Positions 1 to 8,729 of a DNA stretch of 64,000 bases are shown piece by piece. The stretch spans positions 331,128-395,127 of the IMG/VR virus record IMGVR_UViG_3300024252_000004. One strand, written 5' to 3'. A program made the translations under genes and the position numbers. The notes beneath the pieces were generated by a model. The model saw only the letters and a list, made by a program, of their open reading frames with translations. It was not told the origin of the DNA and made no database searches. How positions within the stretch are numbered: the first letter of the stretch is position 1; each line of letters starts with the position of its first letter.

Positions 1-1
1 G

Positions 2-367
2 GAGAGGTACGGATTTGGCTTCTCAGAAGACTTGGCAGATAAGATTGCGGACCTGTATCTTCAAGTTGGAATAGCAGAGGATACTGCGGATTATGTTGGC
101 CCTCCAAAATATGCCATCATCAATTTATTCAATGCAACGAATCTCACCCCAGAGTATGATCCAGATTATTTAATCTTTTTTTCAGAGATCACTCCAGAAA
201 CCTTGAGTAAGGTTAAAGGTATTTATCTTAAAAGATTTCTAACATCATTTAAGACATTTTCGAGAATGTCATGCTTTAAAGATGAGTATATAGGTTTGTT
301 GCTATGTTGCGACATGGAAGAAATAAGTAAAGTAATCGAGAGGCGACTATATGAACAATCCGACTGA
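2..367 (+). CDS. hypothetical protein (probably 5'-truncated by window edge)
   Basis: Frame is open from position 2; ORF track starts at TTG 32; overlaps next gene. Confidence 0.55.
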   Translation, partial: ERYGFGFSEDLADKIADLYLQVGIAEDTADYVGPPKYAIINLFNATNLTPEYDPDYLIFFSEITPETLSKVKGIYLKRFLTSFKTFSRMSCFKDEYIGLLLCCDMEEISKVIERRLYEQSD

Positions 368-686
368 ACTAAGAAATTACATTTACTCTGTTGATGACGA
401 AGAAACATTGGTCACTCTCAATGGAATGTTTCGTGACGCTTTGACTATCATTGATGTAGAGAGGAAGCTTCAGGAGCTAAAAGACAGCCTGTTCGACGGA
501 GCCAGGATGGAGCACATGATGACATTAGCTCCATTTGAAGACGAAGAAGAGGTCATTCATATGGCGGTTACAGTCTTGAAGGGTAAGCTCAATGTGATTG
601 AGGAAAGAAAGAAGGAAGAAGTAGCCGCCGAGCCTGAGGAACAAAAGCCCGAAGCTGTTCAGGAGGACTCAAAAACCGAGGATTGA
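351..686 (+). CDS. hypothetical protein, acidic C-terminal tail
   Basis: 111-aa ORF with GAGG RBS, operon-like packing. Confidence 0.7.
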   Translation: MNNPTELRNYIYSVDDEETLVTLNGMFRDALTIIDVERKLQELKDSLFDGARMEHMMTLAPFEDEEEVIHMAVTVLKGKLNVIEERKKEEVAAEPEEQKPEAVQEDSKTED

Positions 687-694
687 TACTAATA
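687..694 (+). promoter_or_regulatory. TACTAATA putative late promoter element
   Basis: Recurrent motif directly after a stop codon, 49 nt before ATG 736. Confidence 0.55.
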
Positions 695-735
695 TCATGA
701 AGCTCATGTGAATACCCAAATCTGGAGACTATCAC

Positions 736-1686
736 ATGGATAGAAAGATTAGAAAATCCCTTTTAGAGGACTTGATCAAAGCTGCTCAAGAGACTGATGA
801 TGATGAAGATGTAAGCTCTTTCATGGGCGATTTCCTCCCTTATGATGAGGGTCAGTTCGGAAACCATGAAGTCTTTATGGAAGACTTCACCACAAGGTTT
901 AGGCCGAAAGATATCAATCAGGCAATCGCTATGTCTAATAATTCCAATTGGATCACGATTCCAGAGGTAGCAAGAAGAAAAGGTTTTCCTCACCTATATG
1001 TCCTTGACCCAGGAAAGGCAACTCCTTATGAAAGATACTTTGGAGTTAAGACTGAGTACGGGTATTTGGACACACCAGCTACAGCGGCGCTCAGAGCAGC
1101 AGTGTTCAACCCTGGTAAGGTGCATCGTTTTGAGGCTAACCAACCAATGCTTGAGATTCCACCAGATTACTCATCTTTACCATCTGGAACAAAGTTTATG
1201 ATATTGGATCCGCAGGCTGAGCAGTCTGTGATTGCGAATGCTTCAAGAATTATGGAAGGTGCGCAAGGGCGACCAGAACATATCAGAAGGGTTAAGATTG
1301 ACGAAACTGGCGCAGGAGAGTTTACCTCTACTCATGGCGGAGACAGACCTAAGTTAACGCCAGGAATGGCAGAGAATGATCCCGAACTTGATTCTAAGCT
1401 AAAGCATCTTGACACCGCAATCGATCGTTTCTATAAGGAAGATAAGGACGGTGGGATGCAACTTCGAAGGCTGCACTCTACAGTTGCAAGATTGAGACAA
1501 ATCCTCGATTCGAAAATTGATGGTTTGGTGTCAGAACAAAGGGATAAGAATAGGGCTTTGAGATTCGAATTCAAGAAAGAAGAGTATGATGATCTAATTA
1601 AGCAAGCGCTTCTAAGAATCATTATCGCAGAGCTTACAGGCGAAGGTTCGCCATTCGAGGGGACAGACCTCGGATTGCTTCAATGA
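736..1686 (+). CDS. hypothetical protein, candidate virion/internal head protein
   Basis: 316 aa, GGAG RBS, N-terminal LIKAAQ followed by acidic stretch, preceded by TACTAATA. Confidence 0.7.
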   Translation: MDRKIRKSLLEDLIKAAQETDDDEDVSSFMGDFLPYDEGQFGNHEVFMEDFTTRFRPKDINQAIAMSNNSNWITIPEVARRKGFPHLYVLDPGKATPYERYFGVKTEYGYLDTPATAALRAAVFNPGKVHRFEANQPMLEIPPDYSSLPSGTKFMILDPQAEQSVIANASRIMEGAQGRPEHIRRVKIDETGAGEFTSTHGGDRPKLTPGMAENDPELDSKLKHLDTAIDRFYKEDKDGGMQLRRLHSTVARLRQILDSKIDGLVSEQRDKNRALRFEFKKEEYDDLIKQALLRIIIAELTGEGSPFEGTDLGLLQ

Positions 1687-2027
1687 ACATAGAGTTTGAA
1701 AAAGATGAAATGATGATAGTGGATGGTCACAGTAAAACCGTTGATGGTTATGTTGTAAAGGACTTTCCAGTATTCGGAATAGCTAAATACAAGTTAAAAG
1801 ACTCGGGAGCCCAGCCTAATTGGCAATGGAGCATTATCCATATCCCGTCAGAAGATATCTTTTCGGATATCTTCAGAACCAAGAAGAGTGCGGAGGAATG
1901 GCTGGACATTTTCTTGGAGGAAACTCAAGGACCAAAACAAATTCTGCTTACGGTCCCTGGTGTAAGATTGATTAGAATTGATTTTGCAGAAGAGATTAGG
2001 ACAACATTCGCAGAATGGAATAGATAG
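1683..2027 (+). CDS. hypothetical protein
   Basis: ATGA overlap with upstream gene, 114 aa. Confidence 0.7.
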   Translation: MNIEFEKDEMMIVDGHSKTVDGYVVKDFPVFGIAKYKLKDSGAQPNWQWSIIHIPSEDIFSDIFRTKKSAEEWLDIFLEETQGPKQILLTVPGVRLIRIDFAEEIRTTFAEWNR

Positions 2028-2037
2028 GGACAAATAA

Positions 2038-2742
2038 ATGAAGAGAGTCGTCATATCCGACATTCACATTGGCAGCCAATATTTTAAGGCGGTTGAGCTT
2101 TTGCGTTTTTTAAGTGAAGTCGAATATGATGAGTTAATTTTAGCAGGGGACATTATTGATTTCATCAAGGTCCCTGAGTTTACTGACCGTGCTTTAGCAA
2201 TCGCACGCACAGTTGATTACTCAAAGACTATCATTTATGTTGTTGGAAATCACGATACCCCGCTCAGAGGGTTTATTGGCAAAGAATTCTTCGGCATCAA
2301 ATTTGTTGACAAATATGAATTTGAAGAAGGCGGAAGAAAGTTTAGGGTTGAGCATGGGGATGCCTACGATCATCCTATTCTTCAGAACAAAATATTTATG
2401 ACGCTACTGTCTATCGTTCACGATGCGATTGAAAAGATCACAGAGTTCGATATAACTACTTGGTGGTCAGATTACAAGATTAAAAAGAGAAAGCTACGAC
2501 GTATCTGGGATATTTTGAAAAAGAATAAAGACGTTGACGTATTTATAATGGGGCATTCGCACCATCCAGAGTTTGTAATTTGGGGACTTCCTGATAAGGA
2601 TGATATTTCTATCAAGACTTATGTAAACACTGGAGATTGGGTCTCGCATCAGACCTATGTTGAAATCATTGACGGAATTGTGAGGTTGAAAGATTATGGA
2701 GCAGGAAACACTGATATTGGATCGGACGAATTTACCGATTAA
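2038..2742 (+). CDS. calcineurin-like metallophosphoesterase (LpxH/YbbF-like)
   Basis: Motifs SDIHIG, GDIID, GNHD, HGD, GHSH, NTGDW. Confidence 0.9.
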   Translation: MKRVVISDIHIGSQYFKAVELLRFLSEVEYDELILAGDIIDFIKVPEFTDRALAIARTVDYSKTIIYVVGNHDTPLRGFIGKEFFGIKFVDKYEFEEGGRKFRVEHGDAYDHPILQNKIFMTLLSIVHDAIEKITEFDITTWWSDYKIKKRKLRRIWDILKKNKDVDVFIMGHSHHPEFVIWGLPDKDDISIKTYVNTGDWVSHQTYVEIIDGIVRLKDYGAGNTDIGSDEFTD

Positions 2743-3385
2743 CGAGTGGCTTAATTACATAGACAGTGAGGGCTGCGGATTAGATTTAGTCATTACCGAC
2801 CCTCCATATCCATTCGATAACAAAAATGGCTCAGGGAGACACTCCTATCATGAAGGTGCCGACCTCATGTATCATAGGATGGACTGGAAGGAACTTCAGA
2901 GTGTTTTTGTCAAGATTAAAGATTTAATGAATGATGGTGGAAGAATCTATGTTTTCTCCAATCGTGATGGATATGAAAAGACGAAACAGCTCATGCTCGA
3001 TGCAGGCTATCGTTACCTTAATACTATCGTTTGGGATAAAGAAAGGTTTGGTGGCGGGTATCACTGGAGGAATTCAGTCGAGTACATCCATTATTTCTGC
3101 AAGCCAAAGAAGCCAGCAGTCCTTGTCAAAGGTGCTCGCAATGTGTTTGAGTATAAGAAGCCTACAAAGAAGTGTGCTATTCCTGAGATTGGTTATGACC
3201 CAGCGTCCAATGACTCTCCGAAGCCTCACGAAATATGGAGAGACATCATATTGCATGGCGGAGCAGAGGGTGATGTAGTAGCAGACCCATTTGCCGGCTC
3301 TGACCCATTGTCAGCAGCACTACTTTTGAACGACGAACTTGCAGAGAAGGTAAGTAGAGCATATACAAATTCTTTTGATGTTTAA
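2696..3385 (+). CDS. N6/N4 DNA methyltransferase-like protein (beta class), deviant C-terminus
   Basis: TDPPY catalytic motif IV near N-terminus, KP motif, DPFAGS motif I near C-terminus. Confidence 0.8.
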   Translation: MEQETLILDRTNLPINEWLNYIDSEGCGLDLVITDPPYPFDNKNGSGRHSYHEGADLMYHRMDWKELQSVFVKIKDLMNDGGRIYVFSNRDGYEKTKQLMLDAGYRYLNTIVWDKERFGGGYHWRNSVEYIHYFCKPKKPAVLVKGARNVFEYKKPTKKCAIPEIGYDPASNDSPKPHEIWRDIILHGGAEGDVVADPFAGSDPLSAALLLNDELAEKVSRAYTNSFDV

Positions 3386-3451
3386 ATAGTTTTTAATCTA
3401 CCCGAAACGTAAAAATGGTTGGAACCTTTTATGTTCTATGGAGATTAAAAC

Positions 3452-5053
3452 ATGGGAAAAGTTGTAAAGATTGGACCTGAAGCAAGAAAAGAAATGCTTC
3501 AAGGTGTAGATATTTTAGCAAACGCCGTTAAGGCCACTCTTGGTCCGCGAGGAAGAAACGTTGCTATCGAAAGGGAATGGGGTCACCCGCTTATTACAAA
3601 AGATGGTGTGACTGTAGCTCGACAGATCAGATTGGATGATAGAATTCAGAACATGGGAGCACAGTTGGTGCGTTCGGTTGCAGCCGCAGCAAATAGCGCG
3701 GCAGGAGACGGGACAACAACTGCAACTGTTCTCGCTCAGGCAATCTACTCCAAAGGCTTAGTTCTTGTAGACGAAGAGGGACTCAACCCTGTTCTTCTTA
3801 GACGCGGCATTGACCTTGCTGTGACAAAACTTTCAAGTAGACTGAAGGGCTTATCTGCATCTGTAAGCGATGAAGCAAGCATGAGAAGTGTTGCTGTAAT
3901 CTCTGCAAATAATGATAAGGTTCTCGGTGCCAAAATCGCAGAAGCTATCGCGGCAGTTGGTCAGCACGGAGTCATTTCCGTTGAGGAAGCGACTGGAAGA
4001 TCAACTGAGGTGTTCTACTCGGAAGGTATCAAGCTCGATAAGGGATGGACCTCTGAGCATTTCGTGACAAATTCTGCAAGATTTACGGCAGAATTTGATG
4101 ATTGTCTTATATTTCCTTATGATGGGGCGATTTCCAGCATCACTGATGTAAGGGAAATTTTTGAGGAATTAGCCGAGCAATCCAAACCCGTTCTTTTGGT
4201 TGTAAAGCAGATCACAGATGAAGCTATTGCTCATCTTGTCTACAACAAGATTCAGGGAAATATTAGAATCGCGGTAGTTCGTTCTCCTGGGTTTGGTGAT
4301 TCGAGACGTGCATTCCTCGAAGACCTTGCCATTGTTTCTGGCGGAAAGATGTTCTGTGATAATGACGGAATCGGTCTTGACGGAGCAACAGTTGCTGATC
4401 TTGGGACCGCACGCAGGGTCATCGTAAGCCAGAACAGCACAACTATAATTGAAGGTGGGGCAGATCCCAAAGATGTTGAGGCGAGAGCCATTCAGATTAA
4501 AGAGCAGCTTACTGCTGGTGGTCAACATGATTATCAGCTTGAGATTCTAAAAAGCAGACTTGCAAGAATCACTGGCTCGGCAGCGATTTTTAAGGTCGGC
4601 GGAAAATCTGAAGCTGAAATGAGAGAGAGAAAGGACAGAGTGGAAGATGCTATCAACGCTGTACGTTCAGCGCTTGAAGAAGGTGTAGTTCCCGGTGGTG
4701 GCTCCGCACTAATTCATGCCCTTCCAGTCCTTGACGAGATTGAGACAGATGGCCTTCTTCCTGAAGAGGTGGCCGGCATTGGAATTATCAGAGAGGCAGT
4801 TAAGGCCCCATTTTATCAGATTCTTGATAACGCCGGAGTCACTGGTGCTGATGATTTTGTTGAGCAGATTTTGAATTCTGATGAGCCAAGCGGTTATGAT
4901 GCTCTTAATCTTGAGTTTGTAACTAACATGTTAGACAATGGGATTATGGATCCTTGTAAAGTTGTAAGAAGCTCTTTGGAGCATGCTGCATCAGCCAGTG
5001 GAACACTGCTGACGACAGAGGTTGCAATTTACGAAACTGAAACGGAGAGATAA
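3452..5053 (+). CDS. groEL: chaperonin GroEL-like, paralog 1
   Basis: [40 protein letters not shown]; lacks GGM tail. Confidence 0.97.
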   Translation: MGKVVKIGPEARKEMLQGVDILANAVKATLGPRGRNVAIEREWGHPLITKDGVTVARQIRLDDRIQNMGAQLVRSVAAAANSAAGDGTTTATVLAQAIYSKGLVLVDEEGLNPVLLRRGIDLAVTKLSSRLKGLSASVSDEASMRSVAVISANNDKVLGAKIAEAIAAVGQHGVISVEEATGRSTEVFYSEGIKLDKGWTSEHFVTNSARFTAEFDDCLIFPYDGAISSITDVREIFEELAEQSKPVLLVVKQITDEAIAHLVYNKIQGNIRIAVVRSPGFGDSRRAFLEDLAIVSGGKMFCDNDGIGLDGATVADLGTARRVIVSQNSTTIIEGGADPKDVEARAIQIKEQLTAGGQHDYQLEILKSRLARITGSAAIFKVGGKSEAEMRERKDRVEDAINAVRSALEEGVVPGGGSALIHALPVLDEIETDGLLPEEVAGIGIIREAVKAPFYQILDNAGVTGADDFVEQILNSDEPSGYDALNLEFVTNMLDNGIMDPCKVVRSSLEHAASASGTLLTTEVAIYETETER

Positions 5054-5337
5054 TGGATGATTTTTTGCTGGTCAATGCAGGACTCAATCTTCAGAAGTTC
5101 GAGAACAATAAGCATTTCTCATTGGAAGAGCACCCTGAGATTATGGAAGCACTTAATGTATTTCCAAATGGGGAGATTTGCGGAATTCGACTTGAAGCAA
5201 TCGAAGAGGTCTTAAACGACACAGAAGTTGACAACATTCGCAATGAACTCAAGGCAGCCCCAAAGCATGTAGAGATTAGATCAGCAAGAGATTTCTTAAA
5301 GGTCATAGCATACTACATTGATATTGAAGAATATTGA
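5053..5337 (+). CDS. hypothetical protein
   Basis: TAATG overlap with groEL, GGAG RBS, 94 aa. Confidence 0.7.
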   Translation: MDDFLLVNAGLNLQKFENNKHFSLEEHPEIMEALNVFPNGEICGIRLEAIEEVLNDTEVDNIRNELKAAPKHVEIRSARDFLKVIAYYIDIEEY

Positions 5338-5353
5338 CCTTAGCAAATAGTTC

Positions 5354-5387
5354 AAAAGCCTGATAGCAATTTAGCTGTCGGGCTTTT
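5354..5387 (+). terminator. rho-independent terminator hairpin
   Basis: AAAAGCCTGATAGC-loop-GCTGTCGGGCTTTT inverted repeat after gene end. Confidence 0.75.
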
Positions 5388-5426
5388 GTCATTTCTAATA
5401 ATATAGTTTGTTTGATTGAGGTGAAC

Positions 5427-6986
5427 GTGCGTAAGCTTGCAGACTTAGAAGTTACAGAGAAGACAGATCCTGCTACCGGAAATAAAATCCGTATTAGCAC
5501 GACTGCTCGTCTTGCGTTGAGAATTATGTTTCCAAAGTTTACTGAAGAAAGGAATGCGAGACTAAATGATCGAATGGCATTCATGTTCAGTAATTCAGCA
5601 GGCAACGTTGTTCACCGTTTCAAATTAGGGAACAAAGATACCGGAGCATGGCGCCCAGCGGAACCAGATTCTGGTGAACAGAATAATAGAGAAGTTGCTG
5701 AAATTAGGTCAGGCCCAGGCGGAGACTTTTTCTTCATTTCTGCTATTAGGCAGGGATACATTGATATCTTAACATTACAAGATAATTGGAAGCAGGGAAA
5801 GCCTAATCAAGGTGGATCAAAAGGTGCTGGCGCAGGAGCCGGTGATGGAGATGTATCTTTGGCGAGTCTGAATATCGACATGAGTATATTCGGAGCTACT
5901 AATAAAACGAATTTGGACAGAAACAGGAGACATAACATGTCAGCATTGCGCATTCTTGCAGATTTAGCAAACAAGTTGGACAGTTTTGGTGAGACCAAGG
6001 CTGCTGATGAAGTAACCAAGATGATAGAGAAGAGAGCTAGGTGGCCTTTTGGAAAGGCGGACGAAGAGGAAGAATTTCCTGCTGCCCCTCCAGTCCCTAA
6101 GCCTCCTGTGTCTCCACAGTCTTCTCCATTTTTAAGAGGAACAATTCCTCCTGCGCCGCCTATGAACCCTGTTGTTACGACCAGTCCGGAAGGTTTCAGC
6201 GATGCTCCAGTTGCTGAACCAGCAGAGTCAAGAGTAGTTGGAAAGCTTGGTCCGATTAGGCCAGACAAAGATCCTTACTCTTACGAATTCCTTCCTTCCG
6301 AAGGTGTCTTCAGAGTTTCCAGCTACACTTATGGGCCAGGAGCGGCCCCTAACCCAAGGGCAGAGAGAGCCGTTGGCGCACATATTACAAGAGAAAATGC
6401 AAGAGCTTGGGCTGTATTGTCCGAGTATGTTCCAGAAGGGGACAAGTCCCCTTCCGAAGGGAGACATCTTCTCACAGAGTCTACAGGTGATCCTGCAAGA
6501 GACTGGAAAGAAGCACAGCTTCAGTTTGCTGGCTGGGTTAACTCAGGACACTTTGGTACTGAACTTCAGAAGAAGTTTAGACTTGCAGACCCGGGTATGC
6601 CAATGCGTCAGCTTATGGATGCAGAGCTTTCTCCAGAGAGTGCGGGATTCCTTGTTGAAAGGTTTGAGGCAATGATTGCTGGAAATGTTCTTTCGGATCT
6701 AAAAGATCCTGAGACTCTCCTCAGATATGCTCTTGAGCTTCAGAACTATGCTCATCTTGCTAACAGGGCAAGGGCAGTAGGTCAGCAGTCAATGAGAGAA
6801 TCTGAGACGGTCATGTCTCCGGGTGGATACCCATCATCATACCCATCATCATCAGAGGCTGAAGATTTCACACTGGCATCTATGGACTCAATAGAGGATA
6901 TAAGAAAGAAGGCATCTGCTAACGTAGATAGGCTTGCAGCACTTTTCACAGTCCCAGGTGGAAGCGGTCCTTTCGGAAGGGACTGA
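5427..6986 (+). CDS. hypothetical Pro/Gly-rich protein, candidate virion protein; internal in-frame start at 5937
   Basis: GTG start after GAGG; upstream TTCTAATA (5393); long ORF; internal TACTAATA + AGGAG + ATG. Confidence 0.75.
   Translation: MRKLADLEVTEKTDPATGNKIRISTTARLALRIMFPKFTEERNARLNDRMAFMFSNSAGNVVHRFKLGNKDTGAWRPAEPDSGEQNNREVAEIRSGPGGDFFFISAIRQGYIDILTLQDNWKQGKPNQGGSKGAGAGAGDGDVSLASLNIDMSIFGATNKTNLDRNRRHNMSALRILADLANKLDSFGETKAADEVTKMIEKRARWPFGKADEEEEFPAAPPVPKPPVSPQSSPFLRGTIPPAPPMNPVVTTSPEGFSDAPVAEPAESRVVGKLGPIRPDKDPYSYEFLPSEGVFRVSSYTYGPGAAPNPRAERAVGAHITRENARAWAVLSEYVPEGDKSPSEGRHLLTESTGDPARDWKEAQLQFAGWVNSGHFGTELQKKFRLADPGMPMRQLMDAELSPESAGFLVERFEAMIAGNVLSDLKDPETLLRYALELQNYAHLANRARAVGQQSMRESETVMSPGGYPSSYPSSSEAEDFTLASMDSIEDIRKKASANVDRLAALFTVPGGSGPFGRD
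5897..5904 (+). promoter_or_regulatory. internal TACTAATA element upstream of nested start 5937
   Basis: Exact motif 40 nt before in-frame ATG with AGGAG RBS (5925-5929). Confidence 0.55.
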
Positions 6987-8563
6987 TGGAGAAAAAGACG
7001 CCGGGGTTTTCATTAGATGATTTAGTTCCATCTGAAGAAGCTGCGTCAGGCATGCACGTTCCTGTAGGGGAGATGATGTTTGCAATCCCGAATAAAGCAG
7101 ATGATGAAGAGATTGAGGAGGAAGGTATGGAAAAGGAAGCCTTAGGCTTGACCAGTATGCCTCAATCTTTATATGGCGGCGAAGTTCTTGACCTGCCAGG
7201 AAGTCCTCAGCCTTCTGGACTCAGCAGAGAACAGGGCGAGGATGAAGAGACTGAATTTTTTGGAGCTAAAGAGGAGGGCGTAGATCTTCCTCCAGAACAT
7301 TACAAAACTCAGAAGAAACAGGGAATCTCAGAAGATGATGAAACAGATGAAGAATTCTTTGACTTCTTATTTACTAACAAAAGTCACAACTTCCTGAGAG
7401 AGGAATCAAACATGAGACACTTAATTGAGAAATTAGCCGAAGGGTTAGATAAGGTTGGAGAAAAGGACGCAGCACTTGTTGCATTGGCACTTACCGACGA
7501 TAGAATAAACTATTCGGAGTCTGTAAAACCTCCTGCACCTGATAATTCTGCCCCTGATTCGAGAAAAGATGAAATCTATAAAAAATTAGTATATGATTTT
7601 GGGATGATTACAGATTGGCTTTATCGCCCAGACGGTGAATTTACACCCAACAAATTAGAGAAAATGTGGGAAATGCTCAAGCAGCGCAAGCCTGCGCTGA
7701 GTGATGACAGAAAAGCGGAATTTATGAGTCTTGCAAAAGAGTGGGGGATGCAAGATCGTTATGGGGAAAGTTCTGCGGAAGAAGTTTCGACCGGCGAAGG
7801 AGTGCTTGCAAAGCCAGCAGAGCAGCCGTCTGGCGGAGTAACTCCGGTAGCTAAGCCAAGATCCGGCTGGGAAGGTTACTTCGCAAATGGTGGACCAAAA
7901 GGCATGAAAGCCGCCTGGGAAGCATGGGTGGCAGCCAACCCTAATCAGGGATATGATGCGTCTTTCTTGTCATGGGTTAAGTGGTACAGGAAGCAGGTTA
8001 CAGATAGAACCATTCCGTCTGGAGGTAATGTAGATGCTGTTCTTAGACTATTAGGAGGGGCTGCTCCCGCAGCGCCAGCCGCAAAAACAGATGAGGCAGC
8101 TAAGCCTGCTGAGGATACTGAGCCACCTATTGCAGAAGAGGGTAAGCCTCCAAGAGAGGCAATGGAAGAATACTTCAGAGCTATTTCTTCTAAGACAAGA
8201 GAAGCGAGAATCGCAGGTCCGTTAAGACTAAGAAACGCAAGAGTCAGAAGAAGAATCAGAAGACTCGGAGATCCAGCAGCGGCAGTAGAAGCTGTTCTCT
8301 CTTTCAGAGGCGGAGGCGATGTTGAGAAGGGTCTTGCGCTTTATGATAGTTATGATCAGACACAGACACCTGAAGGAACAGAAGAGCGCGGTGGCAAAAC
8401 CGTATCAACCTACAAGATGTCTGAGTTCCAAAACAAGGCAGTCAGTGATATCCTTACTCTGAAAGTAAGGGATTATAGAGCTGGCAGAGGACGTACCAGA
8501 AGAAGCGTGGCTTTTGAGGACAGACAAGATCAGCTTCTAAAGATGGCAGCAGAAAATTCCTAA
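6986..8563 (+). CDS. hypothetical acidic protein, candidate virion protein; internal in-frame start at 7412
   Basis: 525-aa ORF, TGATG overlap; internal TACTAACA + GAGG + ATG. Confidence 0.75.
   Translation: MEKKTPGFSLDDLVPSEEAASGMHVPVGEMMFAIPNKADDEEIEEEGMEKEALGLTSMPQSLYGGEVLDLPGSPQPSGLSREQGEDEETEFFGAKEEGVDLPPEHYKTQKKQGISEDDETDEEFFDFLFTNKSHNFLREESNMRHLIEKLAEGLDKVGEKDAALVALALTDDRINYSESVKPPAPDNSAPDSRKDEIYKKLVYDFGMITDWLYRPDGEFTPNKLEKMWEMLKQRKPALSDDRKAEFMSLAKEWGMQDRYGESSAEEVSTGEGVLAKPAEQPSGGVTPVAKPRSGWEGYFANGGPKGMKAAWEAWVAANPNQGYDASFLSWVKWYRKQVTDRTIPSGGNVDAVLRLLGGAAPAAPAAKTDEAAKPAEDTEPPIAEEGKPPREAMEEYFRAISSKTREARIAGPLRLRNARVRRRIRRLGDPAAAVEAVLSFRGGGDVEKGLALYDSYDQTQTPEGTEERGGKTVSTYKMSEFQNKAVSDILTLKVRDYRAGRGRTRRSVAFEDRQDQLLKMAAENS
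7372..7379 (+). promoter_or_regulatory. internal TACTAACA variant element upstream of nested start 7412
   Basis: One mismatch to TACTAATA, 40 nt before in-frame ATG with GAGAGG RBS. Confidence 0.45.
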
Positions 8564-8583
8564 GCCAATTTAGAATGGAGCAG

Positions 8584-8612
8584 AAACAAGGAGGGCTTAG
8601 CCTTCCTTGTTT
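8584..8612 (+). terminator. rho-independent terminator hairpin
   Basis: AAACAAGGAGGG-CTTAG-CCTTCCTTGTTT. Confidence 0.75.
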
Positions 8613-8626
8613 GCGTTAGAGCATAT

Positions 8627-8656
8627 TTTTCCAAATTTCCCACAGGGTGGTATAAG
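8627..8656 (+). promoter_or_regulatory. putative promoter, TTTCYA-N17-TATAAG class
   Basis: TTTTCCAAATTTCCCACAGGGTGGTATAAG; near-copy at 22238, same-spacing variant at 13509. Confidence 0.6.
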
Positions 8657-8729
8657 GGAGCATGTCCGTAGCTCTTAGTAGTTGCCTTGTATTCGCTTCG
8701 GTACTATTATCGCTCATGGAGGAATTTAC

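Noticed and set aside
5053-5337. GroES candidate (94 aa directly after groEL)
   Set aside because: Right size and position, but no PLxDRV or mobile-loop GGI motif and it looks helical; only a structure prediction could rescue it.
6828-6853. Tandem TACCCATCATCA duplication (YPSSYPSS)
   Set aside because: Two-copy in-frame microduplication in a low-complexity linker; no evidence of function.
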